A program made the position numbers and the translations under genes. From Candidatus Alloenteromonas pullistercoris (GTDB lineage Bacteria; Bacillota_I; Bacilli_A; RFN20; CAG-826): a stretch of 64,000 bases of DNA. The stretch covers positions 1,117-65,116 of the forward strand of contig JADINA010000001.1 of assembly GCA_017694295.1 (NCBI GenBank), written 5' to 3'. Positions 1 through 8,898 of the stretch are shown here, one piece after another. The notes beneath the pieces are model-generated. The model made no database searches. It was not told the origin of the DNA and was given only the letters and a program-made list of their open reading frames with translations. Numbering within the stretch: the stretch's first letter is position 1; each line of letters opens with the position of its first letter.

Positions 1-10
1 AGGATCTAAC

Positions 11-1765
11 ATGAGCAAAAAAGAAGCGATGGAAATGCGCATCAAGATGGACGAATCGCCGCGTCCGCAGCTCCTCCAGGGGGAATGGGTTTCCCTTAAT
101 GGCCCCTGGTCCTTCCTTTTCGACGACCTAGACCAAGGCCTAGAAAAAGGCTATCAGGAGGCTTTGCCATCCCCAAGGGAAATAATTGTCCCCTTCGCCT
201 ACCAAACCCCTTCTAGCGGCATCGGCGATACAACCCGCCACGACCACGTCTGGTATCAAAAAGACATCGAGGTCCGCGATTTAAGCAAACGCCATATCCT
301 CCATTTCGAGGGGGCCGATTACCATCTGACTCTTTTCGTAAACGGCAATAAAGCCGGCGAGGACCACGGGGCCTACCACCGGATGTCGTTTGACATTACC
401 CCTTACCTCGCCATAGGGAATAACCGCCTCAGCGTCAAATGCGACGACGATTACTCAAAGGCCAAGCCGCGGGGAAAGCAACGCTACAAAGACGAGTCCT
501 TCGCCTGCTGGTACGTCGACACGACCGGCATTTACAAGGAATGCTGGCTCGAGGTCGTAGGGCCTTCATATCTAAGCGACCTCCGCCTTTGGCCCTCGGT
601 AAAAACCAAAAGCGTTATTCTTGACCTTCGCGGCGTCGCCAAGAAGGCCAAGGCAAAAATAAAGTACCGCGGGGAAACCCTTGGCGAGGCCGAGGCTGAC
701 TTCGATAACGGCCAAGCCACCCTTTCCTTATCCGTTAAGGGCGATCTTCGCCTTTGGGACGTCGGGAAACCCGAGCTTTACGACATCGAGATTTCCCTCG
801 ATGGCCAAAAGCCAGTTATGACCTATTGCGCCTTCCGCGAGATCGAGGCAAAAGGCGGGAAGGTATATCTAAACGGCCATCCCCTTTACCAGCAGCTTAT
901 CCTCGATCAGGGCTATTGGAGGGATTCGGGGCTGACTCCGCCTTCGAATAAGGCCTTGCTTGACGATATAAAGGCGATGATGGAGATGGGCTTCAACGGG
1001 GCTAGGAAGCATCAGAAAGTCGAGGATGAGCGCTTCCTTTACTACGCCGATTGCCTCGGCTACCTCGTCTGGGCCGAGATGCCTTCGATGTATGAGCTTA
1101 CCGATGCATCCAAGGAAGAGCTTAAGCGCGAATGGCTTTTATCGGTCGCCCAGCAGCTTTCACATCCTTGCGTCATTTGCTACGTGCCATTTAACGAATC
1201 CTGGGGCGTCTACGACATCGGGAAGAGCAAGGACGTGCAAAATTACGTCGATGAGGTCGTAAACGCCACCAAAGCCCTCGATCCGACCCGCTTCGTCATC
1301 TCCAACGACGGCTGGGAGCATACCACCTCCTCGCTTATCACCCTTCACCATTACGAGCAAGACGCCAAGAAGTTTGCCATTGGCTTTGCCAATAGGGAGG
1401 ACGTCTTGTCGAAGGTGTTCGATTATTCGGGGAAGAAAGCCTTGGCCGATGGCTATGAATATAAGGGGCAGCCGATCCTATTAACCGAATATGGCGGCGC
1501 GGCCTATGACGCCGACACGAAGAATAACGGAAATTGGGGCTATGGGAAGACCGTCTGCGACGAGGAGTCGTTCATCGCTCGTTACGATGAACTGACCTCC
1601 TTCATTGCCTCCTTGCCTTATTGCGAAGGCTATTGCTACACCCAGCTTAGCGACGTCGAGCAGGAGGTCAACGGCCTATTGACATCCGATAGAAGACCGA
1701 AGGCCGATCCAAGGCGGATCGCCGCGATCAATGAAAAGGCGGCGAAGCTCCATTTCGGTCAATAA
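11..1765 (+). CDS. Glycoside hydrolase family 2 (beta-galactosidase/beta-glucuronidase-like)
   Basis: 584-aa ORF. GH2 sugar-binding N-domain pattern (HILHFEGADYHLTLFVNG). TIM-barrel motifs FNESWG (acid/base NE) and LLTEYGG (nucleophile E). A terminator follows. Confidence 0.8.
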   Translation: MSKKEAMEMRIKMDESPRPQLLQGEWVSLNGPWSFLFDDLDQGLEKGYQEALPSPREIIVPFAYQTPSSGIGDTTRHDHVWYQKDIEVRDLSKRHILHFEGADYHLTLFVNGNKAGEDHGAYHRMSFDITPYLAIGNNRLSVKCDDDYSKAKPRGKQRYKDESFACWYVDTTGIYKECWLEVVGPSYLSDLRLWPSVKTKSVILDLRGVAKKAKAKIKYRGETLGEAEADFDNGQATLSLSVKGDLRLWDVGKPELYDIEISLDGQKPVMTYCAFREIEAKGGKVYLNGHPLYQQLILDQGYWRDSGLTPPSNKALLDDIKAMMEMGFNGARKHQKVEDERFLYYADCLGYLVWAEMPSMYELTDASKEELKREWLLSVAQQLSHPCVICYVPFNESWGVYDIGKSKDVQNYVDEVVNATKALDPTRFVISNDGWEHTTSSLITLHHYEQDAKKFAIGFANREDVLSKVFDYSGKKALADGYEYKGQPILLTEYGGAAYDADTKNNGNWGYGKTVCDEESFIARYDELTSFIASLPYCEGYCYTQLSDVEQEVNGLLTSDRRPKADPRRIAAINEKAAKLHFGQ

Positions 1766-1781
1766 TGCAAAAACGACAATG

Positions 1782-1813
1782 AGGCGGCCTAGCGGACGCC
1801 TTTTTTCTTTTTT
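1782..1813 (+). terminator. Rho-independent terminator after the GH2 gene
   Basis: AGGCG...CGCCT hairpin (1782-1801) followed by TTTTTTCTTTTTT. Confidence 0.6.
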
Positions 1814-2040
1814 AAACAAGTCAAACGGTCTAGATATATATTAGGCTATATACCGAAAACAATAAAAATGGCTGCCGAACAACCTTAAAAATCTGGTGAA
1901 AAAGATAAAGAAAACTCTTTGAACGCCTTTTTGGTAAAGAAAAAAACAATTGAATTACTTTAACTGATAAACACGCTTTATTTGTTTGCAAACGCCTTTG
2001 ATAAAGGTTTTGCGAATCCTGCTATTTTGCTTACTTTATC

Positions 2041-2077
2041 GTGGCTTTAATGCAATGGTCGCGTATAATTATCGCGT
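2041..2077 (+). promoter_or_regulatory. Candidate promoter giving a leaderless or near-leaderless mRNA for the 2078 regulator
   Basis: Perfect TATAAT at 2064-2069, only 8 nt before the ATG at 2078. No Shine-Dalgarno lies between them. The -35 is poorly defined. Confidence 0.3.
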
Positions 2078-3352
2078 ATGGAATACGAAGATAAATCGCT
2101 TAAGAAGATAAGGCAATCCCTTGGCATGACCCAGGTTGAGGCCGCCGCTTACGTCAAAATGCCTTTAAGGACGTATTTGGACTATGAGAACAAGGAGGCG
2201 AGGAAAGGCAGTTTGAAATACGCCTATTTAGTCAATGCTCTTTCCTCTTATGGGCAAAAGGAGCTTAGCCTTGACGCTTCGGCGATATCGATGCTTAGGC
2301 AATCGAAGGCCTCTTATGCGTTGCTAATGGAGAAGGATGGCCGACAATACGTTTTGGCTGACGATTCCTCACTCAAATACCTAAAAGGCGTTGAGCGCGT
2401 TATAAGCGAGGATTCGCTTGATTTATCATCGGCCAAGGAATTTCTCCGCTTCGCCAAAAGGGTGTATAGCCGGGGCGGTTATGCCTCAAGCCTATTGGAA
2501 TCCTACTCCCCGATATTGGAGCTGCATTTCAAGACGTTTGATTTCCTCTGCCTTCGCGATTCGCTTGTCTTCGATCGCCGCAACCTCCGCCTTGACGAAG
2601 GCTATAACTACCTTGGATTCCTTTTGTCGGAGGAGTGCGACGTCGTTTTCGAGGCGACATTAAGAGGCCATCCGTTCCAGCGGCTTTCCGGCTCGCTTGC
2701 CTATAGCTTGCCGATCCTCGCAAGCGCCATCCATAGCTTCGCCTCCAACCACGAACTCAAATCGATCATCACCCTTCTTTGCCAACTTGATTTCAAAGGC
2801 CAAAACCTTATCAAAGTTGAAATAGAAGATGACCAAATTGTTATTCGCGGCAAGTTCAACGATTCCCCGGACGACTTCCTAAACACCATTTTCAAAGGCA
2901 GCGGGCAAAGCAAGATCCCCTTCGATAGCGATATCGCCTATATTAGGTTTGATAATGAAAAAGATAATGAAAACAGCGTTTTCAAACCTTTATCAAATAT
3001 TAGAAAACCATTGATTGCACCTAAGAAAATCGAGGTTGTAGAGGAACAGAAGCCTATATTTACCAAAAACGAGCCGACCAAGCCGATCGCCCAGCTAAAA
3101 GAAGATGATAAAGAAAAAGAGTTGCCATTTGGTCCTTCGATTGAGCTAAACGAAAAAGAGAAGGCGATTATCAAATTAATAAAGAAAAATCCGGCGATGA
3201 CCAGAAGCGATCTGATGCAGGAGACCGGGATTGCTCCGGCCACTTTGTCGCGCATCGTCAAGCGGCTTAAGGATCTCGGCCAATTGGTCCGGGTTGGAAG
3301 CGACAAAGCCGGTTATTGGGAGCTTGGCCCCGAGCTATCAAAAAGATTTTGA
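2078..3352 (+). CDS. Chimeric transcriptional regulator: XRE-type HTH N-terminus, degenerate COG2865-like core, C-terminal winged helix
   Basis: N-terminus LGMTQVEAAAYVKMPLRTYLDYE is HTH_3-like. C-terminus MTRSDLMQETGIAPATLSRIVKRLKDLGQLVRVGSDKAGYWEL resembles the wHTH tail of COG2865 (RecG-like/Schlafen-associated) regulators. The 3' half is visibly AT-richer. Confidence 0.55.
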   Translation: MEYEDKSLKKIRQSLGMTQVEAAAYVKMPLRTYLDYENKEARKGSLKYAYLVNALSSYGQKELSLDASAISMLRQSKASYALLMEKDGRQYVLADDSSLKYLKGVERVISEDSLDLSSAKEFLRFAKRVYSRGGYASSLLESYSPILELHFKTFDFLCLRDSLVFDRRNLRLDEGYNYLGFLLSEECDVVFEATLRGHPFQRLSGSLAYSLPILASAIHSFASNHELKSIITLLCQLDFKGQNLIKVEIEDDQIVIRGKFNDSPDDFLNTIFKGSGQSKIPFDSDIAYIRFDNEKDNENSVFKPLSNIRKPLIAPKKIEVVEEQKPIFTKNEPTKPIAQLKEDDKEKELPFGPSIELNEKEKAIIKLIKKNPAMTRSDLMQETGIAPATLSRIVKRLKDLGQLVRVGSDKAGYWELGPELSKRF

Positions 3353-4007
3353 GCTGCTCGAGAAAACGTTTTTAAAGCTCTTAGGGAAGCGAGAATCCCT
3401 TGGGGCTTTTATTTAACCTCAAACGGGTTAGAAGCGGTCTACGGGCCTTAAAATTAGGTTTTTGAAGGTTCTGTCTTTTGGCCTGGTTTTGATTCGCCGC
3501 CATTCAATTCGTTTGCATTTTTTAAGTGGTCAATTCAGCTCAAACTTATCGATTGGGGTTTATCTGCGGTCGACTTGCGCGAAATTTCATTTCCCCGTCT
3601 TTTTAATCGCGAGCTCTTTCGTCGACAAAAATATTTGATATACGATTAATTTTCGATTGACGAATTTTGTTTTAAATTTTACTGCTTGTTTTTTGCCTTT
3701 CCGCCAACTCTATTTTTATTGGGTAACAATGTTTTGCGTCAGATAGAGACGGTTAAGCAACTGGTCTTATCAGATGGGGCTTTTCCCTATTTGCCTTTCC
3801 AAGAAAAGCGATTGTTGAGCAATTTGTGCCTTTCAAAGATTTTCTTTTTGAAGCCCAATTTTTCCGCGTTTTTGAGAGTAGTTCGCTCTTAGCTACTTGA
3901 AAATCGTATGAAATCTTGTTTTTCCTAAAACGTCCTTGACAGAATTTTGAATATAGCCACGAACAAAATGGGAAACGTTTACGCGTTTGCAAGTCCTTTT
4001 TGGAGAT

Positions 4008-4043
4008 ATAAAAAGCGGACCCGCGGCAGTAGGGCAGGTCCGC
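4008..4043 (-). terminator. Rho-independent terminator of the 2TM-protein/small-ORF pair
   Basis: On the minus strand, GCGGACC...GGTCCGC stem (4015-4021 / 4037-4043) followed by TTTTTAT, directly after the stop at 4048. Confidence 0.6.
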
Positions 4044-4047
4044 ACCA

Positions 4048-4224
4048 TTAGATATAAGGGTTATATTCGACGATCGTGAAAACGCTGTCGGGGAGACGCT
4101 TCCACGTCATTTTGCCGTTTTCGTCTCTAAGTTTTAGGTAGGCGTGCGGATCGTCTTTTGGAGGAGGCGAAGTCAAAATGACTTCTTCCTGCTTATTCCT
4201 TTTTCGCTTGAAGAGTTTGAACAT
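4048..4224 (-). CDS. Small 58-aa protein, translationally coupled; below the 60-aa cutoff of the ORF track
   Basis: My own translation gives MFKLFKRKRNKQEEVILTSPPPKDDPHAYLKLRDENGKMTWKRLPDSVFTIVEYNPYI*. The ATG lies 2 nt after the upstream stop and is preceded by AGGAGGAATAACG. A terminator follows immediately. Confidence 0.5.
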   Translation of the reverse strand: MFKLFKRKRNKQEEVILTSPPPKDDPHAYLKLRDENGKMTWKRLPDSVFTIVEYNPYI

Positions 4225-4226
4225 CG

Positions 4227-4919
4227 TTATTCCTCCTTCTTTTTCTCCTCGTTCCGATAAGAAGATAGATAATTTATATCACAATCGTCATCATTGGCGC
4301 AAAAGTCCAGGTATGGCTTCATGGTGTTTACCGCATTGGAAAAATCGCCATCAACCCCTGATTCGTCGATTAGCTCTTTGCTTAACAATCCTGATTTATT
4401 AACATGAAAACGATATCTTTCCAAATCGAGCATGGAATTATCTAGAATGCTTTCGGCTTGCAAAAAGGCGATTCGCGTGTCTTTGCTGATTCTGATAAAT
4501 TTGCCATTCCAGATGGTCGTCCCAGCAGATTTTAGATTTCGGGCGAATAGTTCGATGTATTCTCGCCTATTTGACGCTTCATTCGCTTTTGGCAAATACC
4601 TTTTGCATAGGTAAATCCTGTAAAATCCCCGTTTGTATTCGTCTATTTCCTTTAATGCGCCCTGCCTTCCTTCGATATCTTTTCTACGCGAATTGAAGAG
4701 GATGATTACTATTTGGACTATGGCGGCGATTAAACCGACTGCCGCCGTTACCGAGGCCACCATATATTCGGGTATTGGAGATCCCGATTCATCGCGCTGC
4801 AACCCAAATAACGATAATGCAGCCGTCAGCATCCCGGTGGAAGCCAAAGCCCCGGTGACCGCCAACGCGATTATCGCGATTAGGTATCCGATCCCATCCG
4901 TGCGTTTTTTCATTCTCAT
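4227..4919 (-). CDS. Hypothetical membrane protein (N-terminal 2-TM hairpin plus about 140-aa soluble domain)
   Basis: TM helices IGYLIAIIALAVTGALASTGML and YMVASVTAAVGLIAAIVQIVIILF. AGGAGG upstream fits the second Met at 4913 best. AT-rich island. No recognisable domain. Confidence 0.6.
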   Translation of the reverse strand: MRMKKRTDGIGYLIAIIALAVTGALASTGMLTAALSLFGLQRDESGSPIPEYMVASVTAAVGLIAAIVQIVIILFNSRRKDIEGRQGALKEIDEYKRGFYRIYLCKRYLPKANEASNRREYIELFARNLKSAGTTIWNGKFIRISKDTRIAFLQAESILDNSMLDLERYRFHVNKSGLLSKELIDESGVDGDFSNAVNTMKPYLDFCANDDDCDINYLSSYRNEEKKKEE

Positions 4920-5068
4920 TGGCCTCCTGCTGAGAAAATAGGCACTTTGCCCTCAACAATCACCGCCTTGCTTGCAAATCGCTTCAATAACGCATATTTC
5001 TTGGTGTGCGGATGGCTCTTCAGTTCGATTTTTCCGGCGATGGTTGTCCTCGCTTTAGGGACCGCTCC

Positions 5069-5103
5069 AAAAGAAAAGCCAACCGGAACAAACCGATTGG
5101 CTT
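5069..5103 (-). terminator. Rho-independent terminator of the 5123-7243 surface-protein gene
   Basis: Minus strand AGCCAATCGG-TTTGTT-CCGGTTGGCT hairpin followed by TTTCTTTT. Confidence 0.6.
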
Positions 5104-5122
5104 AGCTTAATCAAGCGGAAGA

Positions 5123-7243
5123 TTAGGCTTGGTGTTTCTTCTTGACGATAAAGTAGCTGGTAAGCAGCAACGCCGCGGCCCCGAAGGTGACTAAGACGAT
5201 GATGGCGCTTAAGTTACCGTCGTCGTTGATGTTAACCGCGAAGGCCCCTTCCGAATCGGCGCCATGGTAATTGGCTTCGTCCATTAGCATGTTGACCGTA
5301 TCGGAGACGGTGGAGTCGGGATAGGCGGCGATTGGGTCTTCGACGTTGTCGAGGACGGCTTTCGCATCATCGCTTAAGGCAAGGTAGTCGTCGATCATGG
5401 CGTGGACCGTGTTGATGTCATCGAGGATGCCGCAGATGGAATCGTCGTATTGGACGCCACCGACTTCCCCGGCTTCCCGGACATCGTAGAAATGCTCGAA
5501 CATATAGTCGAAGGCATCGGCATGGGCTTGACTTAATTCGACGGTTGAATCTTTGTCTTGGTTCCAATCGCCGTTTCCGCCAGCTAAATCGGGATTCCAA
5601 ACATAGGTCACATAGGCGTTGCGATAAGTTTGGGTTTCCTGGTTATAGAAGCGGCTGATCGAAGTGAGCGCTCCCCACCAACCGGCGTTGATGCTGCCGT
5701 CATCCCCAACGCTGGCCAATTGGATGGAAGCATTGGCATCGCCGATGATGTCGTAACGGGCAGTTGGGATGAAGGCCCGGCGGAGATTGTATTCCCGGCC
5801 TTCATAATTGATCGTCGCCAGGCTGGTTCCGTTGATAGTGAGGTTTTGTCCCGGAGCCCCGATATCGGGCTTTCCCGTTCTCGCGACCACGGCTAAACCG
5901 TTATATTTCTTATCGACGGAGGAATTTGCCGGATAAAGAATGTTGAAGTAGAAACCGATGGGTTCCGTTACTTTTATATCGATGGTATCGGAGACGGTGC
6001 TCGAGGCCGTTTTCACGTTTACGGTGATGGTGGTGCCGACATCGGATGGGATAAGTCCCTTGACGGTGGCGCTTAGATGATCATCAGGCGATTTGGCGAT
6101 TTCCACATTGTCGCTTGAGGCGGTCCATTCGACTGATTCATAGATCGTGCCGGTAATCGTGGCGGTTAGTGTAATGGTTTCCTCTTGTTCGATTTCCTCG
6201 CTTCCCTCGGGGGCGACTATTTGCACCGCCGAGACGTCGGATGCGGCAAGAGCAGTGACTTTCATAGTCGCGGAAGCGGTCACATCCCCATCTTGGTAGG
6301 TGACGGTCAAATCGACCGGTTCGTCGATTGCCTGGGAAGCGGTGATGGTGGCTCCGCCGGTCGATTCGTTGGAAATCGCGATCGGAGCGCCCTCTTCGAC
6401 CGACCAGGTCGCGCTTCCTGTTTCGCTTAATCCCAAACCCATGGCCGAAACTTCGTAGGGCACGCCGGCGGTCAGTTCGATTTCCTTCTCCGGGGCGAGA
6501 GCATATTGGACGTTGCTGGCCAAGGTCGCCGATTCCGGGATGTCTCTTATGCCGTTTTGCCCCAGTGATGTACCCGATGCATTGGTGTTGGTGTAAACGA
6601 GGTTGTTGGTTTCGTAATTGCTTGATGCCCCTCCCCACCAGATGAGGCGGTTATCGTCAACTGTGCCGACGAAATGGGCGCTGCAATCTGTTAAGGTGAA
6701 GTAGTTCCCGGCTTGCCGCATGAAAATCGCATCGGAATAAAGGGCGGCCCCGGCTAAGATGCCGGTGACATTGGTCAGCTCAGCCGGGTTTTCCTCGGTT
6801 CCGAATATTTGGTAAGCAAAGATTGCGGCCGACCTTACCTCGGCGTCGGAAACGGCTTCGACGGTGACGTTTTTGATGTCGCCGCCTTTGACGTTATTGA
6901 ATAGGTAGTAATCGTTTTTGGCCGGGAATCCGTAAATGGTATGCCCTTGCCCGTCGAATTCGCCGGTGAAGTCGCCGGCCATGCCACGGTTGCCCGAAAG
7001 GGTGGCCCCAGAAAGGTCGATGTCGGCATCAAGCTTGATTTTGTGGGCGGTGTGGGTGCCGGCGTTGTCGAAGATCTGCAAATAATCTTCGACGTTCGCG
7101 ATGTGGTAATAACCATCTTCTCCCTCGGCGATGGCATCGGCTTCATTCGGCATGGCGGTCAACGCAAGTGTACCGCCGACGCCGATCAAAGCCGCCGCGG
7201 CGAAAAGGCCAAGGCTGGTGATGATCGTCTTTTTCTTCGTCAT
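5123..7243 (-). CDS. Surface protein: signal/TM N-terminus, GLUG-like module, Ig-like (Big_2-type) repeats, helical stalk, C-terminal TM anchor
   Basis: I prefer the ATG at 7243 (MTKKKTIITSLGLFAAAALIG) with AAGGAGG upstream over the TTG at 7285. Module DADIDLSGATL...FTGEFDGQGHTIYGF. C-terminal IIVLVTFGAAALLLTSYFIVKKKHQA. Confidence 0.7.
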   Translation of the reverse strand: MTKKKTIITSLGLFAAAALIGVGGTLALTAMPNEADAIAEGEDGYYHIANVEDYLQIFDNAGTHTAHKIKLDADIDLSGATLSGNRGMAGDFTGEFDGQGHTIYGFPAKNDYYLFNNVKGGDIKNVTVEAVSDAEVRSAAIFAYQIFGTEENPAELTNVTGILAGAALYSDAIFMRQAGNYFTLTDCSAHFVGTVDDNRLIWWGGASSNYETNNLVYTNTNASGTSLGQNGIRDIPESATLASNVQYALAPEKEIELTAGVPYEVSAMGLGLSETGSATWSVEEGAPIAISNESTGGATITASQAIDEPVDLTVTYQDGDVTASATMKVTALAASDVSAVQIVAPEGSEEIEQEETITLTATITGTIYESVEWTASSDNVEIAKSPDDHLSATVKGLIPSDVGTTITVNVKTASSTVSDTIDIKVTEPIGFYFNILYPANSSVDKKYNGLAVVARTGKPDIGAPGQNLTINGTSLATINYEGREYNLRRAFIPTARYDIIGDANASIQLASVGDDGSINAGWWGALTSISRFYNQETQTYRNAYVTYVWNPDLAGGNGDWNQDKDSTVELSQAHADAFDYMFEHFYDVREAGEVGGVQYDDSICGILDDINTVHAMIDDYLALSDDAKAVLDNVEDPIAAYPDSTVSDTVNMLMDEANYHGADSEGAFAVNINDDGNLSAIIVLVTFGAAALLLTSYFIVKKKHQA

Positions 7244-7285
7244 GTTGTGTGTAGCCTCCTTTATCTGTCTTTCATTTTCAAGCAA

Positions 7286-7334
7286 TGAAAGGGCTTACAT
7301 CAATAAGAATAATAATTTTCGGAAATCGGTTTCT
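7286..7334. promoter_or_regulatory. Two LacI/CcpA-type operator sites upstream of the 5123-7243 gene
   Basis: TGAAAGGGCTTACA (7286-7299) and GGAAATCGGTTTCT (7321-7334). The latter shares AAATCGGTTTCTCAAG with the site at 20646. Confidence 0.5.
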
Positions 7335-7436
7335 CAAGCAATTTTGGTGCTTAGGCTAAAATTCTCTTTCACCATCGCGCACGCGCGCCTTAGACCCGTC
7401 AATTTACGAACGAAACAAGGAAGAAACTTAGGAAAC

Positions 7437-7450
7437 TGAAACCGCTTACA
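7437..7450. promoter_or_regulatory. cre-like operator (exact match to TGWAANCGNTNWCA)
   Basis: TGAAACCGCTTACA lies in the divergent intergenic region between the surface-protein gene and the carD-like gene. Confidence 0.5.
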
Positions 7451-7597
7451 ATTTTGTTAATGGGGGAAAACAGGGGGTTGGGGTGGCAATTTTGCCGCTT
7501 TGAGGCTATAATGGCAGCCGTAAAGGGGTCATCCTAAACTGTTTAGGCGGACGTCTTCCCTTTATTCAGTTTGCGGCAAAAGGAGGAAAAGGAACAA

Positions 7598-8086
7598 ATG
7601 GGCGATATGAAAGTCGGCGATACCGTTTTCCATCGTAGGTGCGGCCTTTGCCGGATCGATGACGTCGCCCCTCTTCCCGGCGACGACCCCTCTTTCCTCT
7701 ATTACGTGCTTAGCCCCCTTTACGGGGATGAGAAGGGCAACATCGTCCGGGTTCCGACCGCCAACCCCATCTTCCTTAGGCCGGTCATAACCGAGAACGC
7801 CGCCAAGGATTACGTCGACGGGTGGCCCAGCTTCAAAGACGACCATTACATCGCCGACTCCAAGAAGAGGAAGCAATCATACGAAGAGGCCCTTTCCAAA
7901 GGCGACATATACCTGATGGCCCCCCTTATCGTCGGGGCGATGCAAAGGAAAAGCCGGGATGGCCACCTCAACTCAATGGATTTAAGCTTCGTCAACAAAG
8001 CCCAGCCGATGGTCTTCGGCGAGCTTAGCCTGGCTTTGGGCCTAAGCTATGACGAGGTGTCCTCGATGCTGCTTCAGCAAGCGTAA
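7598..8086 (+). CDS. CarD/CdnL/TRCF-domain family transcription factor
   Basis: ATG at 7598 preceded by AGGAGGAAAAGG. The N-terminus MKVGDTVFHRRCGLCRIDDV...YYVLSPLY...IVRVPTAN fits the CarD_CdnL_TRCF RNAP-interaction domain pattern. Confidence 0.65.
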   Translation: MGDMKVGDTVFHRRCGLCRIDDVAPLPGDDPSFLYYVLSPLYGDEKGNIVRVPTANPIFLRPVITENAAKDYVDGWPSFKDDHYIADSKKRKQSYEEALSKGDIYLMAPLIVGAMQRKSRDGHLNSMDLSFVNKAQPMVFGELSLALGLSYDEVSSMLLQQA

Positions 8087-8095
8087 AGGCGAAAA

Positions 8096-8130
8096 GGAAA
8101 AGGCGGGACCCGCTTGGATCCCGCCTTTTG
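8096..8130. terminator. Bidirectional terminator between convergent genes
   Basis: GGCGGGA (8102-8108) / TCCCGCC (8119-8125) hairpin, flanked by an A-tract upstream and a T-tract downstream. Confidence 0.65.
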
Positions 8131-8139
8131 ATTATTGCC

Positions 8140-8637
8140 TTAGGCCTTGAAGGCCGAATACGACCCGTAAAGGGAGAGGAGGGCCGGGGCGAAGGAGAAG
8201 ACGATGGCGCAGATGCAACCGGTCCCGAGGGTGATGTCCTCGGCCATCGGGGAGATCGTGTTGGCGGCGATGTATAGCTGCGGGGCGAAGATGAACAAGA
8301 CCCCGGCGGCGGCAAGCGAAAGAAACGATAGGGCGAAGGGCACCAAGGCCAACTTACCAGGCATGAAGGCCCCGACAAGCGAGGAGAGGAAGCCGACGAT
8401 GAGCAGGCAGAAGGCGACTACCAATCCGGCGACGGTGCTATACCCGGCATCGGAATCGCCGAACATCACGTAGAAGAGATTGCCACGGACCGAGGGGACC
8501 GAGTCGGCGGTCGCCCCAAAGGCGGTGGAGAACAGAACGAAGACGGCAACGGCTGCGAGGATCGCGGTCAGCAGGCCGATGAACAGATTGGTTTTCTTAC
8601 CCATTTTTCTTTTACCTTTCGAAATGCGGGACAACAA
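8140..8637 (-). CDS. Hypothetical polytopic membrane protein
   Basis: 165-aa ORF with about 5 hydrophobic helices. Internal Met (MGKKTNLFIG) at 8604 is an alternative start. Confidence 0.6.
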   Translation of the reverse strand: MLSRISKGKRKMGKKTNLFIGLLTAILAAVAVFVLFSTAFGATADSVPSVRGNLFYVMFGDSDAGYSTVAGLVVAFCLLIVGFLSSLVGAFMPGKLALVPFALSFLSLAAAGVLFIFAPQLYIAANTISPMAEDITLGTGCICAIVFSFAPALLSLYGSYSAFKA

Positions 8638-8898
8638 AGTGTGCTTTGTCTACCGGGGGTAAATATATACTTTGGCTCGCGGCTATGCAACTTCCTTTGT
8701 AGGAAGGCCTCCCAATTCGCCCGCGAGTTTTTACATTGTATTTACCTACATTGGATTGATTTATATTCCGTTAAGGGATATGGTTAAGTGTCAACTGAAG
8801 GGAGTTAGGAAACCCAAAAGTCGACGGAAGGTCAGCTTGGGAAGTTAGGAGCCCAATCCGACTACATACATGTTCAAGCCTTTAAGGGAGGGCAAAGA

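Noticed and set aside
3970-3983. GGGAAACGTTTACG resembles the locus operator.
   Set aside because: The half-site spacing is 2 nt shorter (GGAAA-CG-TTTAC versus GGAAA-N-CG-N-TTTCC) and there is no downstream + strand gene. I did not count it as part of the regulon.
3686-3992. ORFs 3686-3892(+) and 3753-3992(-) in the AT-rich spacer.
   Set aside because: They have no RBS and low-complexity, unconvincing sequences, and they overlap each other. I treat the region as non-coding or decayed.
4227-4919. The 230-aa 2-TM protein as a SLATT-type conflict-system effector.
   Set aside because: The TM hairpin is at the extreme N-terminus rather than central, and I cannot point to any conserved SLATT motif. 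The idea is left as speculation only.
5087-5100. An AATCGGTTT core (minus strand), like the operator motif, near 5091.
   Set aside because: It forms the stem of the terminator hairpin of the 5123-7243 gene, and the flanks do not match the palindrome. It is probably coincidental.
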